64,000 bases of DNA. Source: the human T2T-CHM13v2.0 reference genome, Homo sapiens. A model generated the notes under the pieces. That model did no database searches and had not been told where the DNA came from. It was given only the letters and a program-made list of their open reading frames with translations. The position numbers and the translations under genes are program-made. The stretch lies in assembly GCF_009914755.1 (NCBI RefSeq), contig NC_060939.1, one strand, 5' to 3'. Positions 62,639 to 64,000 of the stretch are shown one piece after another (the stretch's first letter is position 1; every line of letters starts with the position of its first letter).

Positions 62639-62813
62639 TTTTTGAGACAGGGTCTCGCTCTGTTGCCCAGGTTGGAGTGCAGAGGTGCAATCATGGCTCA
62701 CTACAGCCTCAACCTCTTGGGCTCAAGTGAGTCTCCCACCTCAGCTTTCTGAGTAGCTGGGATTACTGGCACATGTCACCATGTCTGGCTACTTTTTGCA
62801 TTTTTTTTGTAGA
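62639..62813 (-). mobile_element. AluJ right arm/FRAM-like
   Basis: gagacagggtctcgctctg...atcatggctcactacagcctcaacctc. Confidence 0.9.
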
Positions 62814-62932
62814 ATACTCAAACAATAGAATACTATGTATCACTACTAAAGTAAAAAAGTACACAAAATATTAACAGTAAAAAGCAAGTTGCCAATCAAA
62901 ATATATATATAAGTTTCTACAAAGAAAGATTA

Positions 62933-63246
<314 letters not shown>

Positions 63247-63420
63247 CTATCTACCTACCTACAGATTATATATATAATATCTATGTTATATATAGAGAGA
63301 GATATATAGGTAATATATAGGTTATATAGGTTCTACATATAGGTATATAAAAATAGGTAATACTTAGGAATGAAATTAAAATATTTTTAAAATGGCATCT
63401 TAGAGGAAAGGAAGATATTT

Positions 63421-64000
<580 letters not shown>

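Overview
Primate (human or great-ape-like) nuclear DNA: AT-rich, CpG-depleted, with no CpG island. No host protein-coding exon could be recognised. It reads as a large intron or intergenic region, mostly interspersed repeats. There are about 25 Alu/FLAM copies (J, S and Y ages) and L1 copies of many ages. These include a near full-length L1PA16-like element (~23.5-31.1 kb), a near full-length L1MA3-like element (~47.6-55.7 kb), young 5'-truncated L1PA3/L1PA4 copies and the 5' half of an L1PB. Also present are MaLR LTRs (MSTA, THE1D, MLT1), L2/MIR fossils and DNA-transposon fossils (Tigger3a, Tigger13a, MER5A, MER2, MER91A and the piggyBac MITE MER75). The long recognisable ORFs are decayed L1 ORF2 pieces; the others are repeat-derived or chance ORFs. 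I find no support for a new multi-gene biological system. The most noteworthy signals are small-scale: (1) an 82-bp inverted, tailless L1 ORF2 patch with an 8-bp duplication inside ORF1 of the L1 it seems to be copied from; (2) a 27-nt tailless U6 snRNA 5' fragment with a 12-bp TSD; (3) a complete MER75 still encoding a PGBD4-like N-terminus; (4) several TE-associated deletion scars; (5) a few candidate exons and enhancer-like motif clusters in the unique islands. Repeat subfamily names come from recalled consensus features, not from a RepeatMasker run, and boundaries of ancient elements are approximate.
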